Shown here in pieces: positions 24,047 to 33,978 of a stretch of 33,978 bases of DNA. Made by a program: the position numbers and the translations under genes. The stretch's first letter is position 1, and each line of letters opens with the position of its first letter. The DNA comes from Chiloscyllium plagiosum (taxonomy: Eukaryota), in NCBI RefSeq assembly GCF_004010195.1, contig NC_057718.1, positions 25,471,510 through 25,505,487 of the forward strand, read 5' to 3'. Under the pieces are notes generated by a model. That model saw nothing but the letters and a program-made list of their open reading frames with translations. It did not search any database and was not told the origin of the DNA.

Positions 24047-24073
24047 GCTGGACTATGTTACATAATGTAACAG
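24047..24073 (+). CDS. Candidate 27-nt microexon
   Basis: Acceptor ttattctacag, donor CAG|GTAAGC, length 3n, open only in phase 1: (x)WTMLHNVT. Confidence 0.25.
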
Positions 24074-24769
24074 GTAAGCAGTAAGTAGGTCCAAACTGTT
24101 AGTGCACTGATGCCCCTCAACTTCCAAATACTTATTTACTTCTCTGAACTCTAGAAGCTGAACAAAAAAAAAGCTTCTTGAATCATATCTCAGTCTCCTC
24201 TGGTGATCTCCATCTGACTGAGGCTGCCTCTTACCCTCTTCAACAGCACTGTAACCTTGAAGTTTGAAAAGTAAATCCTTGCTTTGTTCTGACACGGGAT
24301 CTAATCTACTAGGAATACATTTCATTGGCAATTCTGGAATTTGGTTGGAACAAATTGTACAGCAGGGACTGCTTATCTGATGGAAGATTTTAATTCGGTA
24401 ATATCATCAAAATGACAAGTTCTAAACAAATCCAGAAACAAAAAGAAGGAAAGCTATAAATGCTGAAATTAGATTATGCTGATAAAGGCAAATAATGAAA
24501 AGAGAAATACAGGCATGATTCTAGATTTACAGAAAGGTCTCACCCAGAATGTTAATGTACCTTTTTGCAAAATAATTTTCTATTTTTATGAATGTATCAT
24601 ACTATAAGTCTATACTATACAATACCAGAGATAATATGGTAAACGTTTCAATCAATCTGTTTGGCTAAATGGCCTGTACTATGAATACTTCAAATAAACC
24701 ATAATGTCTCTTGTTGGAAATATTAGAAAAGATTATGGAAAATTTTGGTTTCTCGTAATGTTCATAAAG

Positions 24770-25550
24770 GGAATGTGGGTGTCATTGCTCATCCCTACTT
24801 GTCCTTGAGAAAGTGGTAGTGAACTGTCTTCTTGAACTATGTCAAAAATCACATGACACCAGGTTATAGTCCAACAGGTTGAACTACTGTAGTCCCTTTT
24901 CTGTAAGTAGACCTAGACCCACAATGCTATTAGGGAGGGAGTTTCAGGATTTTAACCTAGCCACAGTGAAGAAACGGTGATGTATTTCCAATTCAGGGTG
25001 ATGAGTGGCTTAGAGGGGAACCTGCAGGTGGTGGTATTGCCATATATCTATTGTCCCTGTCCTTCTAGCTGGAAGTAGTCATGGATTTGGAGGGTGCTGT
25101 CTTGGAGCCTTGGTGAATTTCTGCAGTGCATCTTAGAGATGGTATATAGTGCTGCTACTGTGCATGTGTTCTGGAGGGACTAAATGTTCATTTTGAATGT
25201 CATGCTAATCAAATGGGCACTTTCTGCTGAGTACTATCAAGCCTCTTGAATGCTTTAGGAGTTGCAAGTAAGCAAGGAGGATTTCATCACACTCTTGACT
25301 CATTGCCTTGTAAATGGCATGTACATGCCTTGGGGAGTCGGACAATGAGCCACACACTGTAGAAATACTACTCCCTAACCTGCTATTGTAGCCACATTAC
25401 TTATATGACTAGTCCAGTTCAGTTTCTGTTCATTGGTATACTCCAAAATGTTGTTAATGAGGAATTCACCAATGGTAATGACATTGAATGTATAAGGGTA
25501 ATGGTTAGATTCTGTCTTATTTGAGATGATCATTGCCTGGTATTTGTATT
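24770..25550 (-). mobile_element. CR1/L2-group LINE 3' fragment (second family)
   Basis: Decayed IYKAQVRSVMEYSPLAW-like motif on minus near 25270-25315; 3' UTR 'gaatgtgggtgtcattgc..ccttgagaaagtggtagtgaactg'. Confidence 0.65.
24840..24878 (-). mobile_element. ~39-bp Penelope-like terminal fragment with 8-bp TSD
   Basis: 'aaaaatcacatgacaccaggttatagtccaacagg' matches 13677-13712; TTGAACTA at 24832-24839 and 24879-24886. Confidence 0.7.
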
Positions 25551-26755
25551 ATGCCTCACAGGGATAATGTACTGGAGATCAAGCCCCCCCTTAATCTCAG
25601 AGACTTCACGAATGTTAAAAAATGTTATTAAAGAATACAAAATCACCAGTTTACCTGTCAGATATACTTAGGTTGAACAAACACATGGGCCAGGTTTCTG
25701 TACTTAACAAGAATTATTTATTACAAATAAGTAGATTCCAACCAGAGAAAAACAATGACAAACTGTCAACATATGACTCTACTAGATAAAACTCTAAACA
25801 CTTTCTACTAAGCTTTATACATGCACACGCACACATACACACACTGACAGGCATAAACAGAAGAAAAAAAATTGGTATTATGGGTGGAGGGGAAAAAGTA
25901 TTCAGGAAACAGTTCAATAACAACAGCCCTCAGAATTTGAAAGAATGTTCCTTTTGTTTTCCAAATTCTTCAGTTCTTTTATCTTTTCATTCAGGTTCTC
26001 TCATTTCTTCACAGGAAGCATAGAGTGACTGATTCATAAGTTATAAAGTCTCTGACATATTGGTTAAAACTTAACAAGCAACTTGCAGCAATTATTTGGA
26101 AAGAATTACAGCTGGTTTTCAGAATTGAGAATTCTTTGAATTTCAGAATAAGTGACAGTTTAATGGTGAAGATTTTAAAAATCTCACTGGAGAAGCATGA
26201 CTCACTAAGTAAAACAGGCCTTGAGAGAAAAACGAGGCCTGCCAGTGCTGGGCCATGCCCCCCCCCATTGACATGCATCGAATGGGTGTCGACTTGGGTT
26301 AACTGTTTGCACGCCAAACAACCTTAATAATGAGAAAACAACGTCACTAAAAAACCTTCGGATTTTAGAGCTTTTCAGATTTCTAGATTTTATATAAAGA
26401 GTTGTCTACTTGTACTGGTGTTTTACTGGTGTCAGATATTTTAGTGAAGAAAGAAATTGTCTGCACGGTTGTCAGTCGGAAGGCTTCTGCCAGTATTGTT
26501 TATATCCTCAAGCTATTAAATTACCCTGGCGCCAATCAGATATTTGCTGTCAAGCTAATAGTCTTTTTATCCACAATTGGCCACATCTCTACAAATGAAT
26601 CTGTAACCAGTTACTGCATAAATTCCATTTTGTTCATGAGCTGGCCTTTCTACAAATAGCTTCCACATTACTTGAACAAAGTAGCTGTGTAAACATGCCT
26701 TACAATGAGTTTCAGTAAGTTGCTTTTTTAAAGTACAACAATTCTTTTCTTGATA

Positions 26756-27069
26756 GGGTGGCACGGTGGCCCAGTGGTTAGCACTGCTGCCTCACAGCAC
26801 TAGGGTCCCAGGTTCAATTCCAGCCTTGGGTGACTGTCTGTGTGGAGTTTGCATATTCTCCCTGTGTCTGTGTGGGTTTCCTCCGGGTGCTCTGGTTTCC
26901 TCCCACAAGTCCAAAGATGTGCAAGTCAGGTGAATTGGACATGCTAAATTGCCCATAGTGTTAGATGCATTAGTCAGAGGGAAATGGGACTGGGTAGGTT
27001 ACTCTTCAGAGGGTTGGTGTGGACTTGTTGGGCCAAAGGGCCTGTTTCCACATGGTAGGGAATCTAATC
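26756..27069 (+). mobile_element. Near full-length HE1-type V-SINE
   Basis: Head GGGTGGCACGGTGGCCCAGTGGTTAGCAC, B-box GGTTCAATTCC, V-domain, CR1-like 3' tail 'gggcctgtttccaca..aatctaatc'. Confidence 0.9.
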
Positions 27070-27244
27070 CTTTGTTGTAAAGCTGTCATTTTTTCCCAAT
27101 TAGGTGCATAATCATAAATACAGAAAAACAGAAGAAGCTCTTATACATTTGTATCACCAAGGTTACTTACCTGATGTAAGTCCAAAACTATGTATTGTCC
27201 GGGTCTTTCTGCATTTGGGCATAGACATCACCAATTAACTGCTA

Positions 27245-27670
27245 CTGGTGCTGAACATTGTGCAATCATTGATGAACATCCCCACTTCTGATCTTATGGT
27301 AGCAGGGGTTCATTGATGAAGCCACAGGGGTAGGCTGGACTTTGGGCACTTGCCTGAAGAACCCCTGCAGAGATGTGCTGGAGTTAAGGTGACTGACTCC
27401 CAATGACCAGAACTTCCTTCCTTTGTGTTAAGTATGACTCCATAGAGCTGAGGTTTGTCCATGTGATTCCCAATGGTTCTAGTTTTGCTAGGACTTCTTG
27501 ATGCCACACTCAGGCAAATACAGCTTGATGTCAACGGCTTTCACAATATCTCTGCAGTTCAGTTCTTTTGGCCATGTTTGAACCAATACTGTAATGATGT
27601 CAGGAGCTGAATAGGTCTGACAGAAACCAAAAAGAGCATCAATGCTCTTATTGCTAAGCAAGTGCTGTTT
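27245..27670 (-). mobile_element. CR1/L2-group RT fragment
   Basis: Minus-strand VGMFINDCTMF (decayed FADD), QGSS.GP-like and DIK.VF..V motifs. Confidence 0.65.
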
Positions 27671-27680
27671 AATAGTATTA

Positions 27681-28041
27681 ATAGAGTCATAGAATCCCTA
27701 CAGTGTGGAAGCAGGCCAGTTGGCCTATTGGGTCCACACTGATCCTCTGAAGAGCATCTCACCCAGACCCACCCCACTACCCTTATCCCTGTAACCCTGC
27801 ATTACCCATGGCTAACCCACCCACCCTGTGTACCCCTAGACACTATTGGCAATTTAGCACAGCAAATCTACCTAACTTGTACATCTTTGTATTTTGGGAA
27901 GAAACGGAGCATCCAGAGGAAACCCATGTAGACACAGGAAGAATGTGCAAACTCCACACAGACAGTTGCCTGAGGGTGAAATTGAACCTTGGACCTGGTG
28001 CTGTGAGGCAGCAGTGCTAACCACTGAGCCACTGTGTTGCC
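27681..28041 (-). mobile_element. HE1-type V-SINE
   Basis: Full-length reverse-complement copy; tail 'atagagtcatagaatc'. Confidence 0.9.
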
Positions 28042-28054
28042 TGTAAAGTCACTT

Positions 28055-28178
28055 AACCTGACAAAGGAGCTGCGCTCCAAAAGCTTGTGATTTCAAATAA
28101 ACCTGTTGGTCTATAACTTGGTGTTGCGTGACTTCTGACCTCTGAAAACCCAAGACCAAAAGCAGCACCTCCACGTCA
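28055..28178 (+). mobile_element. Penelope-like terminal fragment with decayed hammerhead
   Basis: CUGACAA-A-GGAGC-UGC-GCUCC-AAAA-GCUU followed by 'aaataaacctgttggtctataacttggtgttg', the reverse complement of the 13677 terminus. Confidence 0.65.
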
Positions 28179-28419
28179 TTAATGGTAATGAGAGTAAGGG
28201 ATATGCTGGGCCTTGAGGTTGCAGATGGTGCTGGAGTACAATTCTCCTTCTAATAACCCATAGCAATTCATGGATGCCAGCCCTGAGTTGTTAGATCTGT
28301 TACGAAGTATCCCATATTATATGTTCCTAAAGTAGACTATGAAGAGTATCACAAACATAAGAATGAACAGCACGATGAAATCAGATGGCCACAAGGGAAC
28401 AAAGCAATTTTGGGTCACG

Positions 28420-29109
28420 TCCACAGATCCCAGAAGGTGGCAGGACAGGTAGAGGGTAGTTAAGAAAGCATACGGTCAGTCATAGCATAAGTTTTAAGAG
28501 CCGAGGTGTGGGGGGGGGGGGGGGAAGAGGTGGGGGGAGTGGGGTGGGTGGGGAGGGATGGTTTATGTTGAAGCTATACAGAATTTTGGTTAGGCTACAG
28601 TTGGAATGCTATGTGCAGATCTGGTCATAATGCAATTGCTATAATTGTACTGGAGGGTTGCAAAGGAGATCCACCAGAATGTTGCCTGAGATGGAGCAGT
28701 TCAGCTGTGAAGAGAGGCTGGGTACACTCAAGCTGTTTTCTTTAGAGCAGAGAAGACTGTGAAGGAACCTGATTAAGTTGTATAAGATTATGAGGCGCAT
28801 GGACGGGATGGATAGGAAACAGCCATTCCCCTTAGTTGAACCACTAATAACAAGGGGGTATAATGTTAAGCTGAAAGGCAGGAGGTTCGGAGTGGATAAG
28901 AGGAATGTTTCTTTCACCCAGAAGTTGGTGGGAATCGGGAATGCACTGCCTGGGGGACCAATTGAGTTGAGAAACTTAACAATCTTTAAAAGTACTTGGA
29001 CAAGCACTTCAAATGCTATAACATTAAAGGCTATGAAAATTGGATGTATAGCAGTAAAGAGCAGACACGATCAGCTGAAGGACCCTTTTTTATACTCTAT
29101 GATTCTATG
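28420..29109 (+). mobile_element. CR1 3' fragment containing a G-rich expansion
   Basis: LYRILVRLQLECYVQIWS; YKIMRRMDGMDRKQPFPL..TRG..FTQKLVG..NALP; tail ctctatgattctatg. Confidence 0.85.
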
Positions 29110-31359
29110 GACTTTATCTATACAAAGACTGTGTAATGGTCACATCGAATTATATTGTCATGGATGAATGTTATCTATGGCACACAGGTTGGTGAGCATG
29201 AGGTCAAACATATTTGTCCCTTGTATTTTTTTGTATCAACTATTAACTTTCTAAAGTGGTCCTTTGTTTTGTTCTTTCACTGCTGGTTGTCTTCCCTCCT
29301 GCTTTTCTGTTCCATTGTCCATTAAAGAAAACATCCATAGTGTGGGTGCCATCTAAGTTGTCAAAATAGTAAAATGAACTGCTTAAGTTGATGAATCATT
29401 ACTGCATAGTGCATAAAATGGCAATGCTAAATCACTAACAAAATTAATTTCTATTTGTGTGAAAAGGGTGGAAACTCTTGCTGTCTATGTCAAAGCAGTG
29501 GAACAGGCATGCAGTGGAATTTCTGGATTTAGCCTTAGATTTTCTGCGACTAACTGTTCTAATATCACCAATTTAAAGTGATGTGCTGATGGGACTGTGC
29601 CAGAGTGGAGCATAGTTAGCCTTTAGATCCTGAAAGGGCGTCTGACATTGTGTCATGAGAAACTATAATGTTTGCACTACCAACATGTGAATGGCTGCTA
29701 TAATTAACGCATGATCAAGGAAAAGTTTCAAAACCATTTATTTAAAATGTGTAAGAGCAAATTATGAATTCTTTCTAAAGATTGTGATGTAAGAGGTATG
29801 ATTTATACATTTTTTAATATCATTAAGTTTAGAGCTTAGAGTTTGAATGAGTGGCATGTGAGTTTTGGTCTGTGTGTGCTTGAGGGGTTTTAATGATTAA
29901 TTTATCAGTGTTTCTTGAGCCATGTTTTTCAAAAGAAAAGTATCAAAGAGATAGTCCTTGGAGTGCTGATGATAATTTGTTTGCATTGGGAGAATTTTGA
30001 AAGTGAGCAGATCAAACATTGAAGTCCATTGGTTCCTTTCAGTTAGTGGGATTGAAATTGCTTTTTATTTAGTTTATGGGAACCACGTTTAACTCGGAAA
30101 GCTTATGGCTTCAATTTGCAGAAGTTATGGTTATTGTTAGAGATTAAAATGGCTTCTCCTCGAGAAAATACTGAGTTCAGAAAATTCAGAAAAGAGGTCA
30201 GCCCAGTGTAAACATTTTAGTTTACAACTTCCAGATCTGGACTGGATAACCCTGAGGGCTATTTAAAGCTAAGAAATTCTAAGTTCCGTTTGGTGGATAA
30301 TCAAGGAAGAGGCTATCAAATTGTAAAGACCTGGAATTGAAAGCATCAGTTTAAGTTAAATCTAAAATGGAAAAGAAAGGGAATTCTTTCTGACATTTGA
30401 GATTCATCAAGATTTACTGTTTGAGATAGATGGAATATTGTACTTTTATTGTATGTTTGGAAATCTTTTGTAATTTTGCATTTACATAGACTGGTTTGTT
30501 CTATATAATCTTTTTTTTCTTTTGCATAGTATGCTTCTGTTTTAATATTAAAATCAAATTTACAACAATGCACGCTTGTGTTTCAGTGAAAGACAATCTA
30601 GTCACATCAAAATAAATGCAAAACATGATCTATCAAGCTAAATTTTAGTTTGAGATCTGACTTGTCTTGTAGTACTTTCAGCTGGATCATAACAACATTA
30701 TATGAGCATAACAGTAGTATTGAAAAGTCAGTGACAAATAAAATGTCTGTAGGTGGAAGAAGTGGAGTCTGGCTACGACCTGAAAGATAGGTCCCTGTCA
30801 CAAAACATATCAAGACACCTTAATTTTCTCTTTCTTCCTGAAATAATTTCACTGTACTTCCCACAAGTGTGTCCTGTATTCCTTATAAAACTGATGCTTT
30901 TTGATAGCGTAGAGACTTGTCTGTTAAACCGGATTGCATTCGCAAGTCTACATTTTCTGCTCGGGCAAAATGTAATTTTACCCTGTCAGAAATATGGTTG
31001 ACTCAGGTCAGTAGTAATAATGCAAGCAAGCTGCTAATAGAAACTTTAATTTGTCAGTGAGATCTTGGAACAGCATTTAAAGATCTGCAGTAATAGGCAA
31101 TCAGAGACAAGATAGCAAGAAAATATGTGATGACACAATGGCCAGAAAATCCAGCGCATGATTCCCAGGCCAGGGAGTCACCCAGCTCCACAATCCTATT
31201 CTGCTTGTTTTTATCAAGATGCAAACATTATAATTTCTTTTGATGAATATTATTATTGAGGAGACCCAGTTATACTGATCAGTGCAGGAAATTTCTTGCC
31301 TAAAAGCTCATTGATATATTTTTAACACGTTGCTTTGAAGTTAGTGGTAGGTATCCAGC

Positions 31360-31540
31360 TGGGGAGTACATAAATCAGATCTTGGCACTACCTAAAGCTG
31401 TAGGCTACCCTCTTGCATCTTTCCTACGTTACAACAGGGACTACACTTCCAAAGCATTTTAAAGGCCATAAAGAGCATTTGAACATCCAGTCAAGGTGAA
31501 AAGCACCATATAAATAGAATATTTTCTTTTCTTTCTCTCT
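31360..31540 (+). mobile_element. Deu-SINE (SacSINE1/AmnSINE1-like) 3' tail fragment
   Basis: 'ttcctacgttacaacagggactacacttccaaag...gtgaaaagcaccatataaatagaatattttctttcttt' resembles the recalled AmnSINE1/SacSINE1 3' end. Confidence 0.6.
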
Positions 31541-31579
31541 TTTACAGATGTACTGGCACTTGAACTTTACGTCTTGTAT

Positions 31580-32382
31580 TGTTGTGGGGAAAATCACCAG
31601 TCTCGGAGTCAGAATCGGGATCCAACGACAGAGTTTATCATACAAAGAAACCGGAGCTCTGTGGAGAGAGAGGGTGAGAGAGAGAGACACTTGTCAGCAC
31701 GGCTGGCAGCTGCGAGGCTCCTCTCACTCTCGGAGCAGATGTCATGATATTTTATACATTTTGTGGTACAATAGTTCAAGTATCGAGTTTGTACAGTATG
31801 ATTCGTTTACAGAAAACATTACAAAATTATTATCAGTTTCAGTGGTCATGATTGTTCTTCCTGAGAAGGAAGATCATTTTCCATTACTGCAGATCTGAAG
31901 TATTAACACTTGTATACAAGCAGTCTCTGGTGGTTAACATTTCTATTGAAGGTGGTGGCTGGATTCAGACACTTCGGCGGGCAGTAGACGTTACTGATGT
32001 GTAATCTCTCCCCCACCCACCTTAAGCTAATCATCTATGCTCTGCGTCTATTATGCTGGTATCCTGTTAGCCTCAGGCAGTATCTATGTATGTGTTGCTG
32101 TATTTTTCCTTGTAATGGCTCAGCGGCCATCTTGTGTGCTAAGTGACCAATTTATGGCTCAGCAGCCATCTTGTGTCTGTGTGCCCCATGTCAGCATGTC
32201 CTGTGTCAACTCCCACTTCAGGATAATGAACTTTGGCAAATATCCCATTATTATGACATTCATGTGGTTCACCATCATAAATTGCAAATACTAAATTCAT
32301 CTTGTGTCTAGGAGAAATTTCTAACTATTTAGAACTATCTGAAACTCAGTGCTGCTGTTCTGTTTGTTCCAGGCCTACAACA
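31580..32382 (-). mobile_element. Probable solo LTR (~800 bp)
   Basis: Termini TGTTGT...ACAACA; on minus, repeated AAGATGGC motifs, then TATAAAA (31750-31756), a CT-rich tract and GATAAA (31634-31639), in U3-R-U5 order. No 4-6 bp TSD. Confidence 0.6.
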
Positions 32383-32458
32383 ATGACCCCTCTTTAGCGG
32401 CTTCCTTTTTATGAATATGAGAGTGAAACGTTAGAATCCAGGAGCTCTTTAGCACTTA

Positions 32459-33500
32459 TACAATAGACAATAGACAATAGGTGCAGGAGTAGGCCATTCA
32501 GCCCTTCGAGCCTGCACCGCCATTCAAAATGATCATGGCTGATCATTCCTAATCAGTTATCCTCTTCCTGCCTTGTCTTCATCACCCTTGATTCCACTAT
32601 CTTTGAGAGCTCTATCCAACTCTTTCTTAAATGAATCCAGAGACTGGGCCTCCACTGCCCTCTGGGGCAGAGCATCCCACACAGCCACCACTCTCTGGGT
32701 GAACAAGTTTCTCCTCATCTCTGTCCTAAATGATCTACCCCGTATTTTTAAGCTGTGTCCTCTAGTTCGACACTCACCCATCAGCGGAAACATGTTTCCT
32801 GCCTCCAGAGTGTCCAATCCTTTAATAATCTTATATGTCTCAATCAGATCCACTCTCAGTCTTCTAAACTCAAGGGTACACAAGCCCAGTCGCTCCAGTC
32901 TTTCAGCATAAGGTAGTCCCACCATTCCAGGAATTGACCTCGTGAACCTACGCTGCATTCCCTCAATAGCCAGAATGTCTCACCTCAAATTTGGAGACCA
33001 GAACTGCACACAGTACTCCAGGTGTGGTCTCACCAGGGCCCTGTACAGCTGCAGAAGAACCTCTTTGCTTCTATACTCAATCCCTCTTGTTATGAAGGCC
33101 AGCATGCTATTAGCCTTCTTCACTACCTGCTGTACCTGCATGCTTACCTTCATTGAGTGGTGTACAAGAACCCCCAGATCTCTCTGTACTGCCCCTTTAC
33201 CTAAATTGATTCCACTTAGGTGGTAATCTGCCTTCCTGTTCTTGCCACCAAAGTGGATAAGGATCCATTTATCCACGTGAAAGTGCATCTGCCATGCATC
33301 TGAGCACTCACCTAACTTGTCCAGGTCACCCTGTAATCTCCTAACATCCTCATCACATTTCACCCTGCCACCCAGCTGATGAAATTTGCGAATGTTATTG
33401 CTAATACCATCTTGTATATCCTGAAGATAGATTGTAAAAAGCTGCGGTCCCAGTACTGATCCGTGCGGTACCCCACTGGTCAGTGCCTGGCATTCCGAAA
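32459..33500 (-). mobile_element. CR1 LINE, 5'-truncated, 3' ~1 kb
   Basis: SGVPHGSVLGPQLFTIY, QRDLGVLV, LVRPHLEYCVQFWSP, LEFRRLRVDLIETYKII; (CTATTGT)n tail at 32460-32480. Confidence 0.93.
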
Positions 33501-33789
33501 TGGAGGGGTGGAGGAGTGTGGAAGGATGAGAGAATGCAGGCTGCAGCCCTATGAAGCAGGGGGAGGGCTTGCAGTTGGCCTGTGTGGGGATGTGGGAGAC
33601 TACAGGAGCCTGGTGGGCAAGGGCTGGCCTGAAAGGCAGCTGGAGGGACGGAGGGAGGGAAGCACGCACGGAGGAGGAAGAGCAAAGAGAAAAGAGAAAA
33701 AAAAGCCAAAGGGGATAAAGAGAAAGAGCAAGAAAGAAAATGTGGCTGGCCAGCACGCCTTGAAGTAGGGAGAAAAGGCAGGGGCCAGC
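33501..33789 (+). other. Purine-rich putative 5S rDNA non-transcribed spacer
   Basis: Abrupt switch to G/A-rich sequence leading directly into 5S +1; spacer identity is inferred from position only. Confidence 0.5.
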
Positions 33790-33899
33790 GCCTACGGCCA
33801 TACTAGTCTGAAAACGCCCGATCTCGGAAGCTAAGCAGACTCAGGCCTGGTTAGTACTTGGATGGGAAACCGCCTGGGAATACCAGGTGCAGTAGGCTT
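33790..33899 (+). rRNA. 5S rRNA gene variant, probable pseudogene (10-nt internal deletion)
   Basis: GCCTACGGCCATAC...GGAAGCTAAGCAG...GGTTAGTACTTGGATGGGAAACCGCCTGGGAATACCAGGTGCAGTAGGCTT; 110 nt instead of ~120. Confidence 0.92.
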
Positions 33900-33902
33900 T
33901 TT
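33898..33902 (+). terminator. Pol III T-run terminator of the 5S gene
   Basis: TTTTT at the 5S 3' end. Confidence 0.8.
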
Positions 33903-33978
33903 CCGCCAGCAGTGGCTGCTCAAGTCACCCCTCTGCACTTGTCTTGTGCCAGGCAATGGAGCGGCAGGTTATTTCTGC

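Noticed and set aside
25568..26700. Possible old LTR starting TGTACTGGAGATC
   Set aside because: No matching 3' terminus or TSD found.
31548..31898. 116-aa ORF preceded by a strong acceptor-like tract
   Set aside because: The pyrimidine tract is a SINE tail and the ORF lies in a probable LTR.
32980..33801. 273-aa minus-strand ORF joining antisense 5S spacer to CR1 RT
   Set aside because: The N-terminal half is low-complexity translation of a pyrimidine-rich strand, the start is not ATG, and the RT lacks its catalytic aspartates.
1..33978. Prokaryotic genes, CRISPR arrays, true tRNA genes, or a window-wide repeat strand bias
   Set aside because: No long intact ORFs or repeat-spacer arrays; tRNA-like heads belong to SINEs; repeats occur on both strands in similar numbers.

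Overview
Repeat-dense vertebrate genomic DNA, most likely from a shark or other elasmobranch, judged from HE1-type V-SINEs, CR1/HER1 LINEs, a Deu-SINE tail and a shark-type 5S rDNA. No intact protein-coding ORF is present; the long ORFs are decayed retrotransposon fragments. The window holds many CR1 copies, a Rex1/Babar LINE interrupted by a Penelope-like (GIY-YIG) element, two tandem Tx1-clade LINE copies, tRNA-derived SINEs and a probable solo LTR. It ends in a 5S rRNA gene variant with a 10-nt deletion and spacer-like flanks. Most notable: (i) Penelope-like termini carrying minimal hammerhead ribozyme motifs, one with an intact core and several inserted as tiny TSD-flanked fragments; (ii) candidate 36-nt and 27-nt frame-compatible + strand exons with neural-type splicing motifs, suggesting the window lies inside a large unidentified host gene; (iii) a ~395-bp interspersed duplication. 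Family names come from recalled consensus motifs, not database searches, and element boundaries are approximate unless TSDs are given.
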